A stretch of DNA of 64,000 bases, from NCBI GenBank assembly GCA_965645245.1, contig OZ287068.1:3534001-3598000 (forward strand), written 5' to 3'. The position numbers were made by a program, and so were the translations under genes. The first letter of the stretch is position 1, and every line of letters starts with the position of its first letter. Origin of the DNA: Massalongia carnosa. Lineage: Eukaryota. The notes under the pieces are model-generated. The model saw nothing but the letters and a program-made list of their open reading frames with translations. It was not told the DNA's origin and did not search any database. Positions 12,001-23,426 of this stretch are shown in pieces.

Positions 12001-14303
12001 CAGTCTTTTATGATGCGGTATATGTCTGCCCTACTTTTCATACAGAAGAGCCAAGATTTTCGGGTATAGTCGTCTATCAAAGAAACGAAATAGGTATGCC
12101 CACCTAAACTGGCCTTCTTATATGGACCCCAAACGTCAGTATGTATTCTATCGAGTGGTCTATTTGCCTTCGAGAAAGGAATTTTGCTGATTGTACGGGT
12201 CATCTTAGTTAAATTGCAAATCTGGCACGGTAGGTCCAGAATTGCCTTTGAAAATTTCTTCCCTGTTGCTTGTTGAAGTCGTATATCATTGGGGTGCCCC
12301 AATCGTGTGTGCCATAACCAATATTGGGCCTCATTGGTGGCCTCATTGGTGGTCTCTTTGGGTGCTCCCACTGGATCGCTATCGATGCAGTCAGGGGTAA
12401 TAGGAGGAGGAGTTTTGGGTTGAATTTCGCCGGAGGAAAGCGAGGTCAGATATGTGGTTGATTTAAGGTTTGCCGGTGGTTCGGGGCCATCTAAATCATC
12501 ATTTTCATCATGGGCTTCGAGGGCCACATGAGATGTGTGGAGGAAGTACGCCCGTCCCCTAAGAATTCCGGTAGCGACCAAAGTACCATCCCTGAAAATC
12601 TCGACACCTCTCCGGTTAAATGAAACGTTCAAACCCTTCCGATTAAGGGCTGCAATTGATAGCAAGTTGACGTCTAGTTCAGGCACGAATAGAACGTTTG
12701 TCATCCGGATATTTTTCCCATCGATATTGGTGCAAATCGTACCTACTCCTACGGAGAAGAGTTTTTCGCCGTTTGCAATTCTAATGGTGGTCCGGTATGG
12801 CTTGATTTGGGTGAAGATCGATTTGTTGTATGTCATATGCCTGGAGGCTCCTGAGTCGATTACCCATCCAGGTGAGTGTTGATCATCTTGCGCCATCCAC
12901 GCACTATTCTCACTATCACTATTCGATTCATCCTTTGCTGCTCGTGCTACCCCCCTTCCTCTCGGTTTGTTTTTGGACTGCTTGTTATCACTCTTTGATT
13001 TTCGGTTATTTTCTGGTCTAGGTTTCACCTCATTAGGGTGTTCTTTGACCCATTTTTTACCTTCATCTGTATTGTCCTGCCAGTCCCAGCAATCATTGCT
13101 ATTATGCCTCTTTGGGCAATGTGAGCATTTGGGGATTGCCTTACCCTTGTTAATGGCCTTATTGGCCGTCTCGGTCTCTTGCCCATCTTTTAGTCGTTGC
13201 TCCACCCGTTTTAGGCTTTCCAGAGTCTTTTCTAATGTGGGATCACCAAGGTCTTCAAGGATGAACTTCGCGGTGTCATAAGCTGGGTCCTTAATGGCGT
13301 TCATGAGGGTCATGGCCACAGACAGATCTGATGGCTGTTCTGAAGTCTTTATATCTGCGATTTCCATCGCAAGGTTCTGCAATTCATTGGCGACCTCATC
13401 GATGGGTTGATCGACTGACATTTCATATGTATAGAATTTTCTGTGAAGCACACATATTCTGCTTTTGGCTTTGACTCCATGGACGTTCCTCAATGCTGCC
13501 CAAACATCCTTTGCGGTCTCCTTGTTCCTAACAGTGACATATTGAGACTTTTCTATATTGCCCCTGATCCAGAGCTGTGCCTGAGTGTCATCAGTAAACC
13601 ATTCCTCATAGTCTTTTGGATGGGTGACAGGGTCTGGAGAAGAAATGGCCCCGTTTACTATCCTCCACATCCTTTTAGATTTGAGAAGAAGTTGCATGTC
13701 ATCGGCCCAGGTCAGATAGTTGTTGGACCCAAGCTTCGGCTCTACTTTATAGTCTCCTTTTCGAATGGCTTTTGAATATGATCCATCAGGGGTTGTGCCC
13801 TCTTTCGCGGGAGCTGCGGAATCGCTCTCTTTTCCAGACATGGTCCAATAATAGGAGAACTGATGGATGGAACGAAGAGAAGTATGGCTTCGTAACTTTG
13901 AAAAACAACAGAATAGATAGATTAATTTATGCGGAAGAAAAATTGCTTTCCGGGCTCATAACCTATTGTAATTGAAGCTCTGCTGGCATAGTAAAAAGCT
14001 CACTTTTGAAACGATTGATCTTTCTATCTACCTATCTAAGGACCGTGTTTATATAGATAGAAAAACATGCCGAAAACCGTTCTCCCTATGACTCACCTTC
14101 CTGCTTCCTAGAAATCTAAGATTGGTGATTGACTCATATCCAATTTATGACTCGATGGGAATGTTCATAGAAGTTTTTGCGGTGCTTCTCGAGGTCGTTA
14201 TGTGTTGCCTAATGTTCTTACCAACGCACTAATCCCAATGCGGTACTATGTGACTCTGAACACTTTACTAGGCATCAGCCGGGTGACTTTGCACATTACA
14301 ACA
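9098..14303 (-). mobile_element. Ty1/Copia element 2, full length, inserted in the leader of Copia 1
   Basis: 340-bp near-identical LTRs 9098-9437 and 13964-14303, TSD tcctt, PBS (rc gggctcataacc 13952-13963), PPT (rc ctcccact 9438). Confidence 0.95.
9556..13841 (-). CDS. pol: Copia 2 gag-protease-integrase-RT-RNase H polyprotein with one -1 frameshift at ~11770
   Basis: WVIDSGASRHM, WHTRLGH, IHTDVWGP, PQQNGVAERFNRT, YKARLVARGF, LYVDD, ADIFTKPL. The two ORFs join if one G is added to a G5 run (SFWGEAA). Confidence 0.9.
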
Positions 14304-14383
14304 TCCTTCTATATATATATTCCCTACTAATATCCCCTCCATACCGGGAGACCCTTCCTTGCTTCCACACCACTTTCTCTGGC

Positions 14384-17300
14384 ATGCATAAAGGGGAGAG
14401 TCTGTACACATTCCCCAAACTCATGGGGAGTGGTAACTATAAGAAATGGTCTAGAGACATGGCCTTCGCCATGCAGGAAGCGGAACTCTGGAATTATGTG
14501 ACTGGTGCTCGGAAAATGCCCCGAGAGATTCCCCTTCCACCTAATAAACCTAGTGAGAAAGAGGAAGACCCTCCGGAGGAAACATCAGAAACAGAAGAAC
14601 AACTCGACAAAAGAGACCAAAGGGACCTTGAACGACTAGAGTTCTCGGAGAAACAAAGGAGGGTAGTTGGTAAGATAGGAAAGATGTGCTCGGACGACGT
14701 GCAGCAAGAATTCCTGTCCATGAGAGACCTAGCTAATGGAGCAGTCTGGGACCCAAAAGATCTTTGGGAACATCTAAAAACCCGGTACACTCTAAAGAAT
14801 TGGAGTGCCAAATGGAGCACCTTCAACCGGCTAGAGGAGATAAAATATGAAAAGTGCAAGTCCATCGAAGAATACGGAAGCCTTGTCAGGGACATCAAGG
14901 CCGAGATCACCGACATGGCCCTGACTGTCGAACAAATAGTCGTGCTCAGGCTCCTGAATGGACTAGGAAACTCGTTCAGCACCTATCTTACAATACTGAA
15001 CGAGCAAGCCCGGCGTGAGGATAAATTCCCTGCGCTGGATGCTTTGTTGAAAAACCTGGAGGACGAGGAAGCTCGCATACGCCAGGACCCCATTGCCACA
15101 GCCAATGTGCTAAAGACAAAAGGGAAGACTAATAACAAAAAGCACCCCTCCGGAGCAAGGTCCGGAGAGGGTAAGACCAAATGCAAGTGTTGCGGGAAGT
15201 TTTGTTGGAATACTCGCTTAGCCCCATTAGTTCTAGCTCAGCCCTGCAGGCTGCCATGACTGCTATAAGCAGTCACCTCCGTAGTAATTTCAACATTATG
15301 CCGTCAACTGTTTATTTAACAGGTTATGAGTCCCTGGTTTGCGCTTTGCGCCCCTCCGACGGCATCCTTCATGCATAGACTACGTACTATCATGTCGTAT
15401 CAACAAGATGATGAGGTGAAAGTTCAGACGTGGAAAGCGTGAAAACGAAGCGGAAACGACATCGAAAGGGATGAGAAACGAAGCGGAAACGAAGCGGAAA
15501 CGTCATCGAAAGTGGTGTACGTACGAAACGTGCTGAGGAGGACATCTACAACGGGCGGTGCCTCGAAGACTTCACATCTTGCATTACTGGTCAGATCAGC
15601 AAGGGGAGATAAAAGCCCTGCGATCAGGCCACCAACGTCAATGGTCTGCGGGAAAATGTCTCACAGAGACATCGAGAAAAGCCCTGCTCAGGCCATCAAT
15701 AAAACACGTCCATAGTACTCTTCCCATCCACCCATACACTCACAAAAGCTACGTTTCGAGAGATGGTTATGGGTTTAATGAGGCTACAAAGCAGGACAAC
15801 AAAAGACATAAGAAAGAACTACGTGCTTAGGGAAAATGGAGTCAGAGGGAGCTAGATTCGTTCCGCAAGGGGAGCGAATCGGACACAGCTGGATGAATCA
15901 CTTCGCAAGGGGAGTGATAAAAGCTGGATAGTTTCAATTTTGGAGGCGAAAGGGGAGCCACGCTCGAAGGGGAGTGTTGGAATACTCGCTTAGCCCCATT
16001 AGTTCTAGCTCAGCCCTGCAGGCTGCCATGACTGCTATAAGCAGTCACCTCCGTAGTAATTTCAACATTATGCCGTCAACTGTTTATTTAACAAGTTTCA
16101 CCCCGGAACATGCAGGTATATCGACTCCAAATGCAAAACATGTGGTAAAGTAGGCCATTTAGAAAGCGTTTGCGAGGAAGGGGGCCATGAAGCCTCAAAG
16201 CCACAAATAGTCTGTATGATAAGGGAATGTTCCGGGAAAAGTACCCAGGAAACACCGCTTATTTGTATGGCAAAACCGTCCCAAAGCCCCCAACGTCCCC
16301 AAAGCTTGTTACTCGACTCCGGTGCAACCTCACATATTCTCTGCAACAAGGACTTCTTTCTAGAAGGAACCTTTCGGAGCGAGTACAACTTTCTAGAGAC
16401 AGGGTCCGGAGAAGTACTACCAACAGAGGGCACAGGCTCTCTCCTTATCCCGCTGGACAATGGCAATGGGAGTCAAACTGACCTCATTCTGACCGATGTC
16501 CTATACTCCCCACGCCTAAAATTTAACCTCATCAGCACCATTAAGCTTGGTAAGAAAGGCATAGCAACATACCTGATGGCGGACGAGCAGCCCGCACAAT
16601 TAGTGCACAAAGGAAAGGTGATTGGACTGGCCAAAACGATAGATAATCAATATATTTTGGAAACCACCGTCAGCCCTATCGGTGCACGAGCCCTCACCAC
16701 CACAAATTCTGCAAAGTCCCCTATTCAAATATGGCACGAACGACTCGGCCACCTCAGCTATCCAAACCTCCTAAAACTAAATCACTTAGCCAATGGAGTC
16801 ACCATCGAAGGACCCATACCAGAAGAAGTATGCGGCCCATGCATGATGGGTAGACAACAGCAGAAAATAAATCGCACTCCAAGGACCCGAGCAACAGAAT
16901 TCCTGGGTCTAGTGCATAGCGATTTGGGGGGACCATTCCCACTGACAAGGTTCGGTGGACGTTTTTATGCTACAATAAAAGACGATTTCTCCGGAGTAGT
17001 GTGGGTTTATTTGCTGAAAACAAAGGGTCAGACCTTTGAAATTTTCAAAGAGTTCAAAGCATGGATAGAAAATCAATCAGAAAAGAAAATAAAGCGCCTT
17101 CGAGCTGATGGAGGAGGAGAGTACACGGGTGGAGACTTCCAGAATTTCCTAAAAAAGGAAGGCATTCAATGGGAAGCCAGGGCACCGAATGTGCCCGAGC
17201 AAAACGGAAAAGCCGAAAGACAGAACTATACTCTCATGGTCCCTACCCGGTCCATGTTGAAAGCAAAGAGACTTCCAAAGTCTCTTTGGGGGGAAGTCCT

Positions 17301-19581
17301 GAAGACTGCTGGGTACATCAAAAATAGAAGTCCCGGGGTCGACGAGGTCACTCCATATGAACGCATGAACAATGCGAAACCCTTCCTCGGCCATATGAGA
17401 ACGGTCGGGGCAAGGACGTGGGTACATATCCCAAAGGAGAAACGAAAGAAATTGGATGATCGTTCCTGGCAAGGAATATTTGTCGGGTATGATGGAAACA
17501 ATCAGTATCGAATCTACGATCCTCTCACTGGAAAAGTCCATGTTTGTCGCGATATCACCGTCGACGAAGGCAATATATATGATCCCAAGGACAAAAAGGC
17601 CTGGGACCTAGCCGACATTCCATGGGAGAAGAATGATGATGGTTTATTTGATGATCCGGACGACTTTGTCGAAAATGAAGTCGAAATCCCAAATTCGTTA
17701 TCTCCGATAAACCCGAACTCCAAAATATCGAGAAGTTCGGAAGACCAACAGGTATCGGCCCCATCAACTCCACGAATAATGCTTCATCCAATAGGAGTAA
17801 ATGCGTCGGGGGGAGGCCAAGCCGAGGAGAGTGAGTGGGAGGATGATCCAAGTGAAACGGAAGAAATTCCTTCACCCCTCATCGAACCTCGAAGATCTGG
17901 GCGATTAAGAGTTCCCAGTCAAAAGTCACTGGAGAACTCCCGTCCCAGCATAAATATATTCAGGTCAAACCAGGTGCCAGAATCCCATAAACATATGGTA
18001 CGAGTGCTAATCACCCTGGCAAGAGGCGAGGACACAGAAGGCCTCGATGAACCTCTGACACTAAAAGAGGCAATGTCCTCACCCCACTGGGAACAATGGA
18101 AAAAGGCCATGGAGGCCGAATACCAATCCCTAGTGGAGAATGAAACATGGACACTAGAAAAAGCACCGAGTGATCGAAAGGTGATCACCGGTCGCTGGGT
18201 GTTCAAACTAAAGAAAGACAGAAATGGGAAAGTACTAAAGTACAAAGCAAGATGGGTAGTTCACGGCTATAAACAAAAGGAAGGCCTGGACTACCTCGAT
18301 ACCTTTGCTACAGTGGTAAAACCAGTCTCCTACAAAGCATTGATGGGAATCAGTGTTAAAAAGGGGCTTTCCATTCACCACATGGATGTGGTGACTGCTT
18401 TCCTATATGGCTTCCTAGATGAAGCTATTTATGTCATACAACCCACCTTGTTCGAAAAAGGGGAGGACAAGGTCTGCTTACTACGAAAGGCCCTATATGG
18501 CCTAAAACAATCCCCTCGTGTATGGTACCAGACCTTGCAGGATTTTCTGCAAAAGATGGGGTTTAAACGGACATATTCGGACCATGAAGTTTTTGTATCG
18601 GACGATATGTTTATAGCGATTTACGTCGACGACCTCCTCATCTTCGGCAAAGATACTTCAAAATTGCAGCAACTGCAACACGAATTGAAGTCTCGTTTCC
18701 GCATGACGGACTTGGGAGAAGTGTCCCATTATTTGGGAATTGAGGTGAACGTCAACACCGAAAAGTCGATTATAACTCTCCGACAAACAACTTATCTGAA
18801 GAAGATACTGCAGCGATTTAATATGGTCGACTGCAGACCTATTTCCACCCCCATGGACCCCGGTGCCGGAAACACACTCATGCCGTCGGAAGACCAGGCC
18901 GACAAGAAAACAATTACCTGGTACCAGTCGGTGGTAGGCTCGCTCATGTGGCCAGCCATGCATACACGCCCCGACATCGCTTATGCAGTGGGAGTACTGA
19001 GTCGATATTGTTCGAATCCAGGCCCATTACACTGCAAATATCTTCAGCGCATTATGCGCTATATCTCCAGTACCCTAAATGCAGGCCTCGTGTTTAGAAA
19101 AGATACCGAGGATAACATTGTGGGGTACTCGGACTCCGACTATGCTGGAACGAAAGATGGAAGAAAATCGACAGGGGCCTATACATTTTTGTTAGCAGGC
19201 GCCCCGATTTCTCACTGTTCCAAGCTACAACCTACCGTCGCCCTATCCACCTGCGAGGCCGAATATATGGCCCTAACAGAAGCAGCTAAAGAGGCCATTT
19301 GGTGTGCACGATTTCTGACCGAGCTGGGATACCGGAAGAAGGGCCACCCAGTCCTACTTCGAGGGGACAATCAAGGGTCAATTGCACTGGCCGAAAACCC
19401 GGAGTTTCACCGTCGCACCAAGCACATTGAAATCAAATGGCATTGGATACGGGAGGTGGTTGAATTGGGAAAGATAAAAATCAAATTTATCTCGACCAAA
19501 GAGATGGTGGCAGATGGGCTTACGAAGCCACTGGCCGCTAAACCCTTTGAGGACTTTAAGTTAATGCTTGGCATGAACTAA
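14384..19581 (+). CDS. pol: Copia 1 gag-pol polyprotein, interrupted in the zinc knuckle by the TRIM
   Basis: Removing 15203-16093 plus one TSD gives ...KCKCCGKFHPGTCRYIDSKCKTCGKVGHLESVC... in frame with 16216-19581 (LLDSGAT, WHERLGH, VHSDLGGP, YVDD, ADGLTKPL). Confidence 0.93.
15203..16093 (+). mobile_element. Non-autonomous miniature LTR element (TRIM), 891 bp
   Basis: Identical 119-bp LTRs (15203-15321, 15975-16093; TGTT..AACA), TSD agttt, PBS ggttatgagtcc, PPT gaaggggag, non-coding interior. Confidence 0.92.
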
Positions 19582-19871
19582 GCTCAAAGAGGTAATATTC
19601 GAATAGTCTCAAGATGACTGAATGGGAGTGTCAGATGGTAGGGGCTACTATCATGGGCATTCATCTAGTGCTTATCTTCGGCGACTCTACCACGGGGACC
19701 GAGATGACCTCCGGGGACCGAGATTCAGTGGACCGGCTGACTCCTTATGAAAAGGGTCGCCGAAAGGTCTCCAATGTGACTGCTATATAATGAAGTAGAT
19801 AGCTCACATATAATCTATACCTTCAATGACAATCATGCTATTATACCTACACGTGAATTTACTATTCATCA

Positions 19872-20089
19872 CCGCAAATCTTCTATGAACATTCCCATCG
19901 AGTCATAAATTGGATATGAGTCAATCACCAATCTTAGATTTCTAGGAAGCAGGAAGGTGAGTCATAGGGAGAACGGTTTTCGGCATGTTTTTCTATCTAT
20001 ATAAACACGGTCCTTAGATAGGTAGATAGAAATATCAATCGTTTCAAAAGTGAGCTTTTTATTATGCCAGCAGAGCTTCTATTACAATA
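19872..20089 (+). mobile_element. Partial LTR of the Copia 2 family (one half missing)
   Basis: Reverse complement of 9098-~9317, ending attacaata. Confidence 0.85.
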
Positions 20090-20523
20090 AGGTAGAACTG
20101 TTCTACCTTGCAAGGAAAGATCTAGAAGGCTGCTCGAGGCTGACTAGATGATCCAGCGAACGCCGAGTTCGTAGATGGATCCTGAGGGATGGTTGGATGT
20201 AAGGCGATAAGGTCAGAAGTGGGTTGCAAGGCTCCTAAGGTTCCAAGGCTCCTAAGGCTATAGTCTTGGGGTGAGTAGAATAAATACCAGAACGAATCCT
20301 GTAGTATTCGTTAGCAATTAGTCTTTATTCTATGAACAATCTACGTTTGGGTCTCGGACGAGATCTCTTGGTCTAATCACTTCCACATCCATTAGTTCTT
20401 TGGATCACGTATACTCTCGGAGACTAGCACGTAGTAGCTATCTTCCACCTCTCACGCTGAGCATTTCCCCTTTCGAGATCAGTGTCGCTCGTGATAAGCT
20501 TACTGGTCTCGTAGCCCATTACA
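20090..20523. mobile_element. Partial copy of the 1-kb LTR found whole at 56907-57925
   Basis: Matches 57492-57925 and ends cccattaca. Confidence 0.85.
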
Positions 20524-20580
20524 ATAAGTAAGTCGGCGCTAATTCGGAAGTACTATGTAGGCTGATACTAACATTTGTAC

Positions 20581-23426
20581 CAGTGTCAAAATGCTGATCG
20601 AAGAAACTAAGATTTGAGCGTGGCAAATTTCTTGTGCGAGGTACACTTTCCGTATTTCGCATTTCGCACCAGGATTCTGTAAGTTTCAAAACGCTTAACG
20701 CCATCCCTTGTAGGAGCTGCGTGGCTTGTTTCTCTCCCTCTCTTCACTCTTGTTGCTAATTGACGAGGTTGTTGACATGACCTCATGCAACGTGCTTTTC
20801 GCCTCATCCGCCTCATCCGCCACGGCATTAAGTCTATACCTAATTGGGTAATCTTATCCTGAGCTTTGCCGTTGCCCCTTGATTGTCACAGTTGATTAGT
20901 ATCAACGCCACATTCAATATCAAGCGCTTAGCTATGAAAGCTTAAGCAAGTATCATCGAGATACTTCTATATGGCAATATGAGTCAGAGAGTAAGCTGGA
21001 CATTACCAATCATGGGTAATACGATGAACTCGGAGGAGTCATTGCAAATAGGAGGAATTGAGGTAGTCTCAACTTCTATATAATAGCTGTATCTTCTCTC
21101 TGTAAATTAGCTAGTCAGTCATTACATAGTTTAGCACTTCAAGCCTAATTCTAGTCTGTCTCTCACCTAATTTACTGCGTTGAGAGTCTTAGAGAAAGCT
21201 GGTTGATCATTCCAGAACCCAATCTAACCAACAACTCTGCCTTGTCTCTTCTTCTCTCATCCTCTCTCATCCTTTCTCGTCTTATCCTCCCACCCCCCTA
21301 AACATATCAACTCTCCCACGCCATCGTATCCTAACTTCTCAACGTAGTCAACAGGCACTGAGATGCAACCATGATTCTTGTCCAAATCCAGAAGCTGATC
21401 CTTATTATGTTTCGTTGAGCTCGCTCTTGGGTTTGATGAGTATCAAAGCTGAGAACTGTGCTCGACATGGTTGATATGATATGCGGTGGTCGAGAAGTGA
21501 ATCATGATGACTGCAGAGCGACTGCGGCCGATTGAGCTGATTGCAAAGCGAATGAGAGGTACCGAAATCTTTATTATGAGTAGCAGGTGTTCGTAGTCCT
21601 TCACTTGTTCGACATCCTGTTGACTGATGTGTTGTCGCAGGTGAATCGATATCATAACATGGCTCAGGAATGACAAACCATGTGGCTGCTGCGAATGTAG
21701 CTGGGGCCGGACGGAGCAGATAAAACGGACGGAGCAGATGACGCAGACTGAACAATTGAAATCGCAGGAGAGATAGGTGAGCTAAGCTGAGCAGCCTATG
21801 AGAGAGCGTGTCGGGGCGAATGAGACGAATTCATAAGATGACTGGAAAGGTGCAGTTGCTGCGAATGAGACAGCTGAAGTTTCTAGTATGTTCACGATGA
21901 GACACAATGTACCAACGTTAGTATGAGAATATTTATACACAAGGTATCTTATGGGATCTTTCTTTCATGAGGAAGCAATGTGTGTGGGGCAGTATTGAAT
22001 GTGATTCAAAAAGTAGTGCAACCTGCTTGTTAGCTTGGTAGGCGTTGAAGCCAGGCAGAAAGGCGTAAAGAGCGAAGAAGTTCTTCATCTCCCATATCGG
22101 GACCTGCTTAACTTTTCCAGCTCCTGATTCAGGAGCTGAAAAGCACTCGTCACACATAGCTGATCAACAGGAGAGACAGGACTGTCCAACGACAGAGTCT
22201 AGACCCTTTGCTCATCTTCTGAAATAGCTGCCTTCTCTTGCCATGTTTCAATCAGATGTGCAGCTCGTCGACTGAAGATCAAGAAGGGATTCGTGTCATG
22301 CATAATATGAACCTCAACGACAAATAATCGTTCAGTTGAATTGTCGAAATGAAGGATAGCTTTCCTTCACATCGAACTCTCTGACGTGATATGATCAAGG
22401 TCAAATGCGCATTTGCGTCTGATATTGAAATCGATTGTCTTTCAGTCTTTCAGTCTTGTTGTCTTGCTTCATCTCAGAGCCGCATTCGTTGCGTATAACC
22501 GAATATGGACTTTTTTCCATCTCTCTCTTCATGTCATCGGCCTGAGCCGGTCACAAGGCTTATCATCTGTTTGAAGGGCGATAGACATTTTCTGTTGTAC
22601 AAGCATCAATAAGTGTCAGAAGTTCAGCCATCACGGTGCGAGCAAATGAGACAGATCAAGCATAATTGAACTTTTCTAACAGGATCTCTAGATACTCTGT
22701 CGCTTCTCAAGACGACGTATCATTATGAAGGAGATCGTCACCGAAACCCGATAAACAATGAAGAAGCTTCTCTCAACTGGGCCATTGCATTTTTACCCAC
22801 CAGACAACATTTTTGCAATCTTGTCATGTCCATTTTTCTTGGCCACCAACAGCGGAGTTTTTCCATCTATATCTTCGAGAGTACGATCTGCCCCTGCTGT
22901 CAGCAATAGTCTCACGATATTTTCGTTACCTTCTGCTGCTGCCCAAAAGATAGGAGGCCGCCCAGATATACTCTTCGCATTGACGTCGACAATTTTAGTA
23001 CGAAGTAGTAGTTGAACCACTCTAAGGTGGCCTTTTGCTGCGGAAATCCAAAGTGGAGACACATGCCGAGAAGTTTTTAGATCAGGTTTGACCCCTTCTG
23101 CTAGTAGTTTTTGGATTGTATCCGCCTTTCCAAATTTTGCTGCGTTATAAAACTGGGCGATCGACCATTCTTCTTTAGAAGGGGATATCTTAAACTTTTC
23201 TTCGATTATTTTTAAGACCCCATCTTGCCCGCATGTCGCAGCTGCCTTCACCACCTCTTCTGTAATCGTTACATCTGCCCCGCGCTGCTCAAGCAAGAAC
23301 GTCATCACCTCTTTTCCACTTCCTTCATTCCCTGCCGCTGCCTTCACCACCTCTTCCGTAATCATCACATCTGCCCCGCGCTGCTCAAGCAAGAGCGTCA
23401 TCACCTCTTTCCCATTCCAGAAATTT
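20581..23426. repeat. Right arm of inverted segmental duplication (partner 1-2657)
   Basis: Reverse complement of 1-2657 apart from arm-specific solo LTRs and scattered SNPs. Confidence 0.93.
20751..21233. mobile_element. Solo LTR (483 bp), present only in the right arm
   Basis: TGTTG...CAACA, TSD actct; empty site at ~2488-2492 in the left arm. Confidence 0.9.

Larger units (their letters stand above)
8722..19871 (+). mobile_element. Ty1/Copia element 1 (host of Copia 2 and the TRIM); 5' and 3' LTRs discordant
   Basis: 5' LTR 8722-9005 (TG..CA), PBS ggttatgagccc 9006-9017, gag-pol 14384-19581, PPT gaatgggag, 3' LTR 19629-19871 closely matching only the 3' ~100 bp of the 5' LTR. Confidence 0.85.
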
